Source of the DNA: Lepidodermella squamata
Lineage: Eukaryota; Animalia; Gastrotricha
Direction of reading: 5' to 3'
Length of the DNA: 64,000 nt
NCBI GenBank assembly: GCA_047495785.1
Contig: JBLDXI010000033.1
Coordinates: 1,426,001-1,490,000, forward strand
The translations under genes and the position numbers were made by a program. The notes beneath the pieces are model-generated. The model was not told the origin of the DNA. It did not search any database and saw only the letters and a program-made list of their open reading frames with translations. Below, one piece after another: positions 25,140 to 36,150 of the stretch (positions are counted from its first letter, which is position 1; the number at the start of each line of letters is the position of its first letter).

Positions 25140-26851
25140 TCAATACAGCACACGACATTTCAACCGCGATTTTTCCGGGCAGATTTTTTCGGCTAAGAAG
25201 TTCGCCAAGGCCGGTGGGTTGAATGCGCGGACGCGGCACAAAATCACATCCTTGAGTATTCCCACACACCTGAAAATGAAATTAAAAATTGAAAAAATCG
25301 GCGCCTTCTTTTTCTCAAGTAGCTTGATCTTAATTGGCAATTAATGCAATAATATAAGTATGCGAGTTGAGGCTGAAAATTAAGCAAATTTGACCTACCT
25401 TTCGACGACATTGTTGGTCATGTGTCCATGGGAGTAGGCATTACGAAAAGCGGCGACAAACAGGCGAGACCTCTGAAGTAGGCAAAGTACGTGTAAGCGC
25501 CAGTTGATATATTTCGAAGTGAGCAGCGAATCCAGGAGAGCGCGGCGCGCTGTTTCGTATTCGTCTTGCGTTTGAGAAAAAACTAGATTCTGGAAAACTG
25601 AGAAAAAAAGATATTTCCTGACATTCTCATGAGTTCATACATACGCTGCAACAACTCGGGAGCATCTTCTGACGAAATCTTGTGCTTTTTTTCAACTAGC
25701 CAACGCCAGAGCGCTTGTAAAATGTGAAAGGCACACAATAGGATCGTAGCATTGACGAAAACTGATTTCAAAGCTTCTCGCTCGGCGTCGCTGTCGTCCG
25801 TTAGAAATAATTTCGGTTCGATGCCATTCAATGCGCGCTTGACGGTGCTGAAGGCCAATCTAAAATTTCATTATTATTCATTAAGGTAGACCACATTTTT
25901 TTATGAAAATTTTATAATGGAGAGGCGCAAAATATATTTAGGTGGATTTTTCGGGGCAGCATGTGGCAAAAAAAATTCTGCTTCAAATTTTTCCTCCCGA
26001 ATTTTTTTTACTATTTTTTACCAATTTTTTTATAAATTTTATATAGGTATCCATTAAAATTTAAAAAAATTCTCTTATTGAATTTATATTTAAAATAAAT
26101 CTCAAATTAATAAAATTAACGTACTTATAGCAGTCAGTGGTCTGAGAAGAGTGAATGATGGCAGCAACAGGCAAAGCACCAGCCGATGAGGCCGTTACCA
26201 TCAGAGTCAATGAGCTGTTGATTAAATCGCAACTTGCAGTCGAGTCGACAAACAAAACGTCTCGCGCGTCCGTAATCTTGTCGAAAACTCGCTGCATGAG
26301 GGCCGTCCTCACCATGAGGCACCAGTTCAGCTCGCCGTCTTTTCCGCGCGACTCGCGATATGTGAATATGCTCGGCTGATTCTCAGAAAGTTCTTTCAAC
26401 TTTGCTCGCATCAAATCGCCGTTTCGGTCGCCGTGCGTTTCGAGCTGGACTCGATTGGCAAAGTGGTACCAGTCTTGTTTTGTCGGACACACTGAGCGAT
26501 CGGCCGATAGCAGCAGCCACGCTATATCCGGATTCAATGACTCCAATTCGTTGTTGTAGGCTTGCCGAGCCGCTGCTGCATTGCCCTCAGCAACTAAATG
26601 ACGCATCATCGCGTCTTCAACGCCGGGTGCCGGGTACCATGCGGGGCCTGTTTTAAATCGAGGCGGTTGAGTCGCTTTAAGGCGCCGATGAAATCACCCC
26701 ATTCATTCGATCGGAAGGGTGCGCGCAAAACGAGAGACCATGAGTGATCATTTTTCGCGTCGAACTCGTCAACAATATACATTAACCGATGCCGATCCTC
26801 GGGCAACACGGCTTGAACAGCTGGCGGTAAATCGTGTATACGCTTGGACAT
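25140..26851 (-). pseudogene. MULE (Mutator-like) DDE transposase, intron-containing, with frame break near 26610
   Basis: VLFVDSTASCD (D1), GALPVAAIIHS, FLTDDSDAEREAL (D2), LLCAFHILQALWRWL (CxxH), GHMTNNVVE (E) and ILKDVIL.R..AFN. The N-terminal ORF is out of frame with the core. Confidence 0.85.
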
Positions 26852-27639
26852 GATTGCGATTTTATTATTTGCAAAGATTAGGGCAGTTTTCATTTCTTTC
26901 TTTCCGTCATTCCAAGTCAAACTTGGCGCCAAAATTTGAATTTTAAATGGCGCGAATATATAGCCGAGACCATAGCCGTGGCGGTGCGGCCAGTACCTGC
27001 CGGCATAAGACGCGCGGCCACTGAGCATGTAATTATACCCGCGCCTTTTTCGCCTCGCGGGGCGTGCGCGCGCGCGATTAACCGGGCTGAAGTGTGCGAC
27101 GAACATCACGAAGCAATGGGTTCCGCCTATCTGGGACATTGTGCCACCCGTGTGCCAGCTGGAGGACATTATTCTGAGTAAATCAAGGTGTATTGCAGCC
27201 TTATATCACTTACCATCATAAAACTGGAGTGAAAAAACGAATTCGGGACATTTTCAGGTCATCCGCGACTGGCATTAGCGTCGCTGCATGTGGTGCGACA
27301 GCTTGTGCCAGTCATAAAACTTGGGGGCTAGGGGTAAAATTTTGTGCTGAATCAGAATCTGCAATCCTTTTTTGTACTGCTATCATGTTCAGACGATAAT
27401 AAACGTTTTTGACCTCAAATGTGACAATTTTGACATTTTATTTGACCTTTGAACCCAGGTGAGCATGTGCCACTCCCGAAAATGACACCATTCGGTAGAG
27501 CGTCTATGATTACCCTATTTGAAGGTGCTTTAACGATAGTTTAATCATTGCTCGATTTTAAATAAATTTTGAAATGAAAAAATGAGGCAGAATCGCGTCG
27601 AAATCGATTATTTCTATCTATTCATGTCTCACGGAAGCA

Positions 27640-28120
27640 TGGCATGCCTTGTGCCAGTGACGCAATCTGTTGTGCCAACAGCAGAATTTTGCAACGAAGG
27701 CAACGCTGCAAACCCCGTGTATATAGCTATCACCGTTGTTAAGGTGGAACCATTTTTGTGAGGCAAGTGCGAGCGCAGATTCCCTCGAATCGATGCCGGC
27801 AACCTAAATTCGGTTTCAATGGCTGCAACGGAACTTTTGTGCCAGCAACGAAATAGGTGGTGCCAGTAGCAGAATTTTGAACTGAATCCAAAACTGCAAA
27901 CCCCATATTTTTAGCTGTTGCCGTTTTCAAGGTGGAACGAGTATTGTGAATCAAGTATCTACCTACACTCGATACCATGACAAAGATTTGATTTAAATGG
28001 CTGCTACGAAGGGTTTGCGCCAGCATCAATATGTGTTGTGCCAGTGTCAGAATTTGTCGGCGATTCTGATGGAGCAAACCGCATATTTCTATCTATCAAG
28101 GATTTGACGCTGGATCGATT
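27640..28120 (-). repeat. Left-arm array of about 190-bp TGGCAC-containing units (about 3 copies)
   Basis: Paired GTGCCA motifs near 27651, 27840-27865 and 28017-28045 are the inverse of the right-arm units. Confidence 0.75.
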
Positions 28121-29265
28121 TATTTGACGTCACTAGCACATCATCACACGATATTTTGCGAACGCAAATATTTGATCTTGTACCTATCATCAATTAGGGA
28201 TAATTTAATTTAATTCATACCTAACCATTTTGACGGGTGACGGGTGATACCGCATCACTCAGAGTGAATCACGAATTTAATTTTTACCGTTATATATTAA
28301 AAATGCAGATGACTGAAGGCTTATTGCAAAACCGGGGATTAGGCGTGGGGGATTAGGGCAACGTCAAGGCCCACAATTGAACGTGCGGATAGGTTTCCGA
28401 ATCAAGATTACTTTACCGCAGAGGTGGAAACAGGTCGGGTTGACCGGCCGGTAAGTCTCCCGGTTGCGCCGGTTGGGTATAGGGCGAAAATAATAGCACT
28501 CGCACCGTACTGCCGGCACGGTCAACCACGGCGTAACTACGGTGCCGGTACGGCCGGTCATCTACGGCGCCGTAGCGATTCCGTAACTTTTTGAAAATTC
28601 CCCCTGACTTCAAATTTATGAAATTTAACAAAATATCATACCAATTAGGGACACGGATTGGCCAATAAGCTTAATATGAACCGGTGATTAACGGTCACGT
28701 TAACATTAATGAAAAATCAGGTAAAGGCTTCAGATAACAGTCCCGCTCTTGAAAACGTTTGAGGGTATGTATAACCGTGAAACGATGTATTCAATCACTA
28801 CCTGGAGGTCGACAGTATCAAGGCGGAAAAGAGAATGATGATTTAACTACAGTTCGAACTGACCAATGTGTCCTTGAAGTAGTTACACCTTGAAGTAGTC
28901 GAGCGGCAATAGGCTGATTTCAGACTAGAAATGTTAGCCCTATTTCGAGCTTTGTTTCAGTTTGTTTAACTTTGTCTGGGAATACATCTGAATTATTACG
29001 GAATAGTTGAAATTTTGCCCAAAAATGAGGTGATCGAAGCGATTTTTTCAAAATTGTACGCGAATTTCACGTTTACTCTCAGAAGTAATTCGAAGTACTA
29101 CAATAAAACTAGGCTGCTTCCATTCCGACTGCCGATAATGTCCCATTTTTGAAAAATCGGTAGTAGTAGATAAGTTGAGAGTTGATTACCATAAATGCCG
29201 AATTATGAGGCACTGTCCTCTATTTTTTGAAGGACATTCTCAGAAAAATAAAGGTCGTCGCTAGC

Positions 29266-29869
29266 TGCACCCGCGCGCTGGGTGCATAGAATTTGCTCGC
29301 TACACCCGAGGGTGCAGGATTATAGCTAGTTACACCCGGAAGGTGCGCGAAAATAGCTGCGTGCACCCGCATCTGGGTGCGCCCATTTTGCTACGTACAC
29401 CCAATACATTTGATAGGACGGTAATGAAATCACGGGTGTAGGGAGAAAACCCGCTACACCCACTTGACAACTTCAATCTGGTTAAGAGTTGGGCGAGTTG
29501 GACGCTGTACTACCGCTGCCTTCCGCTCGCTTTCATCAACACCACTTATCTTCTTGAGCGGCTCTTCGCCATGTCCCAGAATGGGTTGTGTTGATGCGCA
29601 TTACACATACAGACTGGCTTTTCCTTGGGCTATCCCACTCACGGGTATTTACCGTACCATCTTCGATTTTTGGTATGCCAAATCACCCCATTTCGGCATG
29701 TCAAAGTGACCCCACTCAAAGTGACGGTGCGTAATCTCGCGAGCTTGCATTTGACCTTGTTCAATTCCTTATTGTTTGTATAGGGTGTAGCGAGTCAAAT
29801 CGTCGCACCCTCACTAATGCGCGGCATAGGGTGTAGCTAGCAAATCGGATGCACCCGCGTGTGGGTGCA
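29266..29869. repeat. Two clusters of T(A/G)CACCC / GGGTG(C/T)A inverted half-site hairpins (possible nested element ends)
   Basis: Hairpins at 29266-29286, 29301-29316, 29331-29347, 29362-29381 and 29396-29440, with a second cluster at 29783-29869. Confidence 0.7.
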
Positions 29870-30169
29870 AATAGCACACTCGAAAAATAAACTGCTCACA
29901 TGAGATTGATGTAAAACAGGTCTTAAATTCTTAGGAGGGTCTAATGTCTAATGTCAACCCAGCCCATGATTTGGGTACTGCCTTATGATTCGGTATTCAT
30001 AGTAGCAAATTTGAGGACTAGCGAACTGATAAATGTTTCCTCTACTATTAGCCTATTGAATATCAGCCTCCATCATAGAAATCGTTAATTACTTTTTGCT
30101 GAATTCAAATAGGAAATGTGGAGGCGCCATAATTCTGCGCATAAAATGTTGTGTGGCTTTATTGTTGCG

Positions 30170-30870
30170 TGTCAATTATAAAGATCGATCCACCTTAAAA
30201 ACGGTGATACCTAAAACCACGAGGTTTGCTGCGTTGGATTCAGCGCAAAATTCTGAAACCGGCACTAAACATTTGAGGCAGGCGCAGCACTTTCGGAGTA
30301 GCCATTTAAACAGAATTTCGGTATCCCTTTCCTCATTTGCTCACGTATCCTCACGTAGCCTTGCTCAAGTTGATTCATAAAACTCAATCCATCTTACAAA
30401 CGGTGATAGCTATAAACACGGGGTTTGTTGCGTTGGATTCGCCGACAAATACTGCTACTGGCACATGACATTTCATTGCTGGCACAAACGTTTCGGAATA
30501 GCCAATGGTATCGAATTCTGTTTACCAGTACCAACCTAGGTTTGTTTGCGCAGACTTGCATCACAAAACTCGATCCAGCTTAAAAATGGTGATGGCTACA
30601 AGAACGGGGGTTGCTGCATTGGATTCGTCAAAAAATACTGCTACTGGCACAACACATTTCGTTAGTGGCACAGCCCTCCTGGAGTAGCCACAAAACAGAA
30701 TTTTGGTCTCCTTTACCACATTTGAAGGAATCTTTGCTCAACTTGCTTCACAAAAATGAATCCAGCTCAAAAACGGTGATAGCTAAAAACCCGGGGTTTG
30801 TTGCGTTGAATTCAGGGCAAAATTCTGATACTGGCACAACACATTTGGTGGCTGGCACAAAGCTTCCCAT
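30170..30870 (+). repeat. Right-arm array of about 187-bp units (about 4 copies)
   Basis: Recurrent AAAACGGTGATAGCTA..GGGTTTG..GGATTC..CTGGCACAACACATTT..TGGCACA near 30260, 30459, 30645 and 30832. Confidence 0.8.
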
Positions 30871-31812
30871 GCTTCCGTGACACCTCAATAGATGGAAATG
30901 ATCAATTTTGACGCGATTCTGTCCCATTTTTTCTTTTCAAAATTTATTTAAAATCGAGCGATGGTTAAATCCTCGTCAAAGCACCACCGGGTAGGGTAAT
31001 CATAGGCGCTCTATTGAATGGAGCCATTTTTGGGGTGGCACATGCTCACCTGGTGTCAAAGGTCACGCAATATGCCAACTTTGTCATATTTTGAGGTCAA
31101 AAACCATTTTTATCTTCCGAACCACGATAGCAGTACAAAAAAGGATTGCAGATTCTGATTCAGCACAAAATTTTACCCCTAGCCCCCAAGTTTTATGACT
31201 GGCACAAGCTGTCGCACCACATGCAGCGACGCTAATGCCACTCGCGGATGACCTGAAAATGTCTCAAATTCGTTTTTTCACTCCAGTTTCATGATGGTAG
31301 GTGATATGAGGGTGCAATACACCTTGATTTGCTCAGAATGACGTCCTCTAGCTGGCACACTGGTGGCACAATGTCCCAGATAGGCGGAACCCATTGCTTC
31401 GTGATCTTTGTCGCACACTTCAGCCCGGTCGCGATTACGCGGTGTGGCCTTGCGCGCTCGCGCATTGGTTGAAACACTGGGCCAATGAGAATACGCGTAG
31501 AGCCGTAACATAGGCGGGCCTGAAAATGTGCTTTTATTAATGGTTCGAGTTGTTGGGGACCTCCTTATTCTGCACTGATCAAGGTGGGGTCATGACACGT
31601 GCCTAAACATAACAGCGGTGATAACTTATTTTGACGACCAAGTTTAACGCGTGTCGGAAGCACGTGCGATTTACGCGGGAAATAGCCGGCCAGAGAGTTC
31701 AGTTTCAGTGAAACAGTCGGAGAATTCGTTCTCAAAATTCAACCCAGAAAATTTTCGTGTTAAAATTTTGATAATATCGCTATCCCCGAATTTCATCACC
31801 TATTACCTAATT

Positions 31813-32437
31813 ATGCATAAGCTACAAATTAAAACACCGTCCAACACCTCTTCTTCGGAGTCATCGGGCACGCCGTCGCCGCGTCCAAGTCGAGGTCCGG
31901 CTCTCAAATATACTGCGAAACTTCGGGAATTTGAAAGCCATGAAGCCGGGCTGGCTTGGATAAAGAAAAATACGCCGTACGTCATAGCGAAAGGCGATGA
32001 CAGCAGTTACTGTTGCCGCTATATGCGAAAAGCTGGCTACGAGCGATGCCACAGCCGAGCAAAGTTACTCTTGGATGGTGAAACTTGGGTCTTACTGGCG
32101 TCCGAAGCGAAGCATCGTCACAAGACCACGTCGAACCGCCTACCCTCCAGGTTGACGACGCCTGTGAAAAAGCGTATTGACAAGTACAGGAATTATTGTT
32201 CACTGCAACAGACCGTCTCCTCCCAGTGACGAAGATTTCCGCTCGCCCGATGAGCTGGCTGTCAAGTGCCATCAATGCGGACGAACTATGCGCTGGGACG
32301 ATACCTGCCCCGGTTGCCAGCTATTGATCTCCATCGACTTTGACTCCACTACAGCGCGTGACAGGGAACGCATGCCGAGGATGGCGAAGGCACAGAAGCG
32401 AAAGACGATCCGCCGGCTCAATTTGGAGGGGCCATAA
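31813..32437 (+). pseudogene. Transposase-derived fragment: WRKY/FAR1-like C-C-HxH zinc finger plus frameshifted Cys-rich tail
   Basis: YCCRY...RCHSRAKL...EAKHRH resembles a MULE N-terminal finger. A second frame gives VHCN...CHQC...CPGC. No DDE core is present. Confidence 0.55.
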
Positions 32438-32676
32438 GAACTTTCGAAGCAACTTTCGACATTTAAAAAATATTCGGACAAATTTATGAAATTCACAAGT
32501 TTTATTTTCAAAATTTAAAAAGTTTTCCACAACTTTAAAAATACGTGTCTGTTACAATTTTTAGGATTTTTGTCTAACGGGTTTCACAGAAATAAACTAG
32601 ATTCACTGCCCGATTTTTCCTTTATTTTTGCAGACATACTACTCCCTCATTATTTTATCAGTTCAGGTCGTAAAAC

Positions 32677-33839
32677 TGTAAGGATCTGCCGGCTGGCATC
32701 TGCGCAATAACTAAGAACAATATTGTGATTCTCATGTGATATCTAATTAGGAAGTGATCGCGTGTTCGACTTAGATTTGTATCGCTAATATTTAAGGCCT
32801 TGAATTCCAACGATCAATGTTCGATTCATTCACAATAAAGTATAGAGTAGTGCCTGGCCAAGTCTTGATGTTTCCCTGACAGAATGAATCGAACCAAAGT
32901 CCTTGCCGGACGGCCACCCACTACTCTACTTCGGAATCTTGCTGCTAAGTCTCGTTCAGTTCGAATTCGTCTACAATGCCAACGCTATGCTGATATGGTA
33001 TCGCCCTGGCCCGCGTGTGGTGTTCCGACGTCGACTTACAACGATGATTTCTGGCGCTTCGCTGGTCAATGGCTTTGGCGTTCAGCGCATCACCACTGAA
33101 GTTCGTCTCCAAGATCCAGCCCTTACGCTCAAGGTGTCGCCCTGGCTTGCGCGCTCGATTTGCCGACGGCTCACTGGTTATGGCTACGCATCTTCTTGTT
33201 CACGGTCAAGCGTTGATTGGGGCAGCCTCGCTGATGTTTGTCTTCAACGCCCGCAACTCGCTGGATGGCTTGTCTCGGGTGCCGCGATCTCGATCCTGCG
33301 ACTGCTTGGCCCCTGTCTTCGCTCCATGGCGTTGTCGTGTTACCTGGCTGGTGTCATGGCAACGATTCCGTGATTTGAAACACTGTCTTGTCTTGTCTCT
33401 GCATGTTCATGATCTCCTGCCTCGTTGGCTTCGCTATTCTCGAGTTTCATCTTCCGTTTCGCTTATTATCTTCATTTATTGACTGGAGCTCGCAATTCAG
33501 GCCGATTCACGGTTCCAAGGCGTTGTCGTTCCGTTGGATAGCGGTCGCATCGCAATTTTTTCGGACTGGAGAGCGCGTTTCTCGATTTTTCGTGGCTAGC
33601 AAGCGGCTGTGGGAGGTGTTCGAGGAGGGCAAAGTGTAAGGATCTGCCGGCTGGCATCTGCGCAATAACTAAGAACAATATTGTGATTCTCATGTGATAT
33701 CTAATTAGGAAGTGATCGCGTGTTCGACTTAGATTTGTATCGCTAATATTTAAGGCCTTGAATTCCAACGATCAATGTTCGATTCATTCACAATAAAGTA
33801 TAGAGTAGTGCCTGGCCAAGTCTTGATGTTTCCCTGACA
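32677..33839 (+). mobile_element. Miniature non-autonomous LTR retroelement (TRIM-like), 1163 bp; LTRs 32677..32881 and 33635..33839
   Basis: Two identical 205-bp LTRs with TG...CA ends, 5-bp TSD AAAAC (32672-32676, 33840-33844), polypurine tract GAGGAGGGCAAAG before the 3' LTR, TATTTAAG and AATAAA inside the LTR; no gag/pol recognisable. Confidence 0.95.
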
Positions 33840-34159
33840 AAAACTGAACGTATCGAAATTTGGTGTTGAAAAAAGAGTTTGCTGATGAAACAAGTAATTT
33901 GCTGATGAAAAAAGAAAATTTGATGTTGAAAGAAGAGTGACCCGCCTTTTTGTAACAAACTGCCCGTACCTGTTGCGGCTTCACAGCGATTTTCATCAGC
34001 GCGCCGCAACCCCGCCGATTGCCGCATCTACCTGTGCTGTTGTTTAGCTGCTGGTCGTGCCGGCGAATCATGTCGACCTTTGATTTAGGCTACTTACGGC
34101 AATTTCTTCAATTTTTTCAGATTTTGAGAATTTCATGAATAAAATACATGTGATGTTGC

Positions 34160-34384
34160 GCTCTTCCTGAGTTAACTCAAGTGCGTATTTATACAATTTT
34201 TAGCACGAGTAAACTCAATTGGTACAAGTGTATACTCAGTTTCACAATGCAAAGTCCAAAAAAGGAGGTCCCGGTTGAGTATACACACGTAGATTGCTGT
34301 ATATACTCATTTTGAGTCAGTTTTGACCGATTGAGTAAACTCAGTTTGTATAAAGCCGAGAAGCTGCCGGCATTAGAGGGTTAA
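34160..34384. mobile_element. Orphan piggyBac-like right end with palindromic GAGTAWACTC-type subterminal repeats
   Basis: Repeated GAGTTAACTC, GAGTAAACTC and TATACTC motifs ending in AGAGGG|TTAA. No convincing left end found. Confidence 0.4.
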
Positions 34385-34579
34385 AATAAAATTCCTTGTG
34401 CGTTTGATGTTTGGAGTCGGTTTTTTCTTAGCTAGCGCATAAACCATAAACGATAAAATCTATCGGCTGGTTATCGTATTTGTCCAATAGTAGCCCAGTC
34501 GCTAATAATCGCCATCTTTAATAGTAGCCCAGGGTTAAATCTCAATCTCGGTTAGAAATAAAACTATTGGGAGTAGTTA

Positions 34580-34722
34580 GGGCTGAATTGTCGCTGGCTA
34601 AAATGTCGAATGCGGTATTGTCGTCTTTGAAATGAACATTTTGGGCTGAAAAGTCCCGCGCTGAATTGTCTTCCGGCTCAAATGACGGGATTGAAAAGTC
34701 GTGGGCCGAAATGCATACGACC
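34580..34722. repeat. Degenerate ~15-bp tandem array (GGCTGAA(A/T)(T/A)GTC), typical of transposon subterminal repeats
   Basis: GGGCTGAATTGTC, GGCTAAAATGTC, GGGCTGAAAAGTC, GCTGAATTGTC and GGGCCGAAATG. Confidence 0.55.
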
Positions 34723-34887
34723 AAAAATATGTTTATTCATCCGTCCCCATTTGACATACAAATTGAGTTAATTTAAAAGCAGACAAAAATAACAAAAACA
34801 GATATATCACAAATAAAGCGAACACGCGATTTCGTTTCCTGGGGCAGTTCGCGGAAGAATTTAATACTATGTGACATCATAGTTGGT

Positions 34888-35154
34888 TTAGGGTGTCGGA
34901 CTCACAAGAGCTGCAATACAGTAGCTCATGCATGCCGAATAGCCTGCGCTGCAGCTGCCAGCGAAAAACGACAGGCAAGTTGCAAATATTGGAGCCAGCG
35001 GTCCGGTAGCCGGGGATGCCAGAGTAGCTCCTGCGCCCATGCATGCCATCCATCCTGACCCACAAACTAAAGCGCAGGCAGTACCCAATGCTGGTCCTGC
35101 TTCAGCTGGAATAATGACTAGAATCAGGAATGCGGCAGTAACAACTGCCTTCAT
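34888..35154 (-). CDS. Small secreted Cys-rich hydrophobic peptide (88 aa, GP...C...PTP type)
   Basis: Signal peptide MKAVVTAAFLILVIIPAEA; mature part starts GP, carries CxxxC and Cx6Cx3C spacing and ends ALVSPTP; intronless. Confidence 0.8.
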   Translation of the reverse strand: MKAVVTAAFLILVIIPAEAGPALGTACALVCGSGWMACMGAGATLASPATGPLAPIFATCLSFFAGSCSAGYSACMSYCIAALVSPTP

Positions 35155-35388
35155 GTTGTAAGTGGAAAGCATAATGTTAACCAACAGCAGACTCTACATT
35201 TTAGAAAGTGACATAATGTTATAGACAATATGAACAGTTTCGAATAAACTCATCAGAGTCGATAAAGAGAAAGGATAAGTACGAAAGAAAGAAGTTGAAA
35301 AGGGTTGCCTGAAAGATCCAAACGGGCTGCAATCATTAGGATTGAAAAACTCAACACTGCGTAAGAGTTCAATCGAAAATTCCTCATA

Positions 35389-35609
35389 CAGGGACCGGCA
35401 GAAGTTATTCTACAGACGCATTTGTTATAATCATTATTGTCATCATTAGGAGTCGTGTGACCGTCAATTTCTTCAACTTCTTCAATTTCATGCCGAAATT
35501 TGGCGTATGGGGTTGAAGAAGTTGAAGAAATTGACGGTCACACGACTCCTAATGATGACAATAATGATTATAACAAATGCGTCTGTAGAATAACTTCTGC
35601 CGGTCCCTG
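35389..35609. mobile_element. Hairpin MITE (Tc1/mariner-like ends) with 97-bp perfect TIRs and TA TSD
   Basis: 35389-35485 is the exact reverse complement of 35513-35609, with a 27-nt spacer; ends are TA|CAGGG...CCCTG|TA. Confidence 0.92.
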
Positions 35610-35989
35610 TATTCAATAGCTTGCTCTCTCGTATGAAGGCATTGCTTGTAGATGCCTTATATAGACAAGGGATGATTCATTTTACACCCTATGATGCCCT
35701 ATCATTGCAAGCTCTCATAGGGTGCATAATTTAAAATTAATCATTTATTATCACTGCAGTTATAAATCCTCTATAAACAGTGCCTTCCCCGTGCAGAAAA
35801 ATAAGATATATCTCCACGGAAATCTATCTTATTCCACGTCACAAGACCCTGTGATATGGCATCTTATCTAATTTCATGGCATTTCCATGGCATTGAACAG
35901 AAATTTCATGGAATTTGCCATGGTATCTCTGTCAACTCCACGGAATCAGGCATAACGACGCAAAAGCGCCATGGAATTAAAGATAATAC

Positions 35990-36150
35990 CAAATGAATTA
36001 GCACTAGAGAGCAACTATTGAATCTGAAGAATTGGCAAATCGATTTGTTGAAATGGTCAAGTCTCAAAAATCGCAATGGTCTGTCCTGGTTCAGCTTATA
36101 ACCTAAGAGCAAGGACTTTTGCAAAATTATCAGCGCGACTGAGCTACTGA
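35990..36150 (+). pseudogene. Decayed fragment of the 57819..58661 gene (shorter second copy at about 40215..40297)
   Basis: GAATTGGCAAATCGATTTG..GAAATGG.C.AGTCTCAAAAATC.CAATGG matches about 58430-58585 with indels. Confidence 0.75.

Larger units (their letters stand above)
27081..31429. mobile_element. Foldback-type non-autonomous DNA transposon, 4349 bp, with long modular TIRs and 8-bp TSD CGCGATTA
   Basis: ACCGGGCTGAAGTGTGCGAC at 27081 and its reverse complement ending at 31429. Inverted homology runs about 570 bp (27081-27650 vs 30860-31429), followed by about 187-bp repeat units. CGCGATTA lies at 27073-27080 and 31430-31437. Confidence 0.92.

Noticed and set aside
29266-29461. CRISPR-like repeat-spacer array
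   Set aside because: Only 7-bp half-sites recur, the units are too short and variable, there are no cas genes, and the context is eukaryotic.
27193-31511. ORFs within the foldback arms
   Set aside because: They arise from the repeat units and inverted arms and show no protein motifs.
32884-33639. Overlapping ORFs inside the mini-LTR read as gag/pol/env
   Set aside because: No CCHC, protease, RT or integrase motifs; open frames are explained by the A-poor plus strand.
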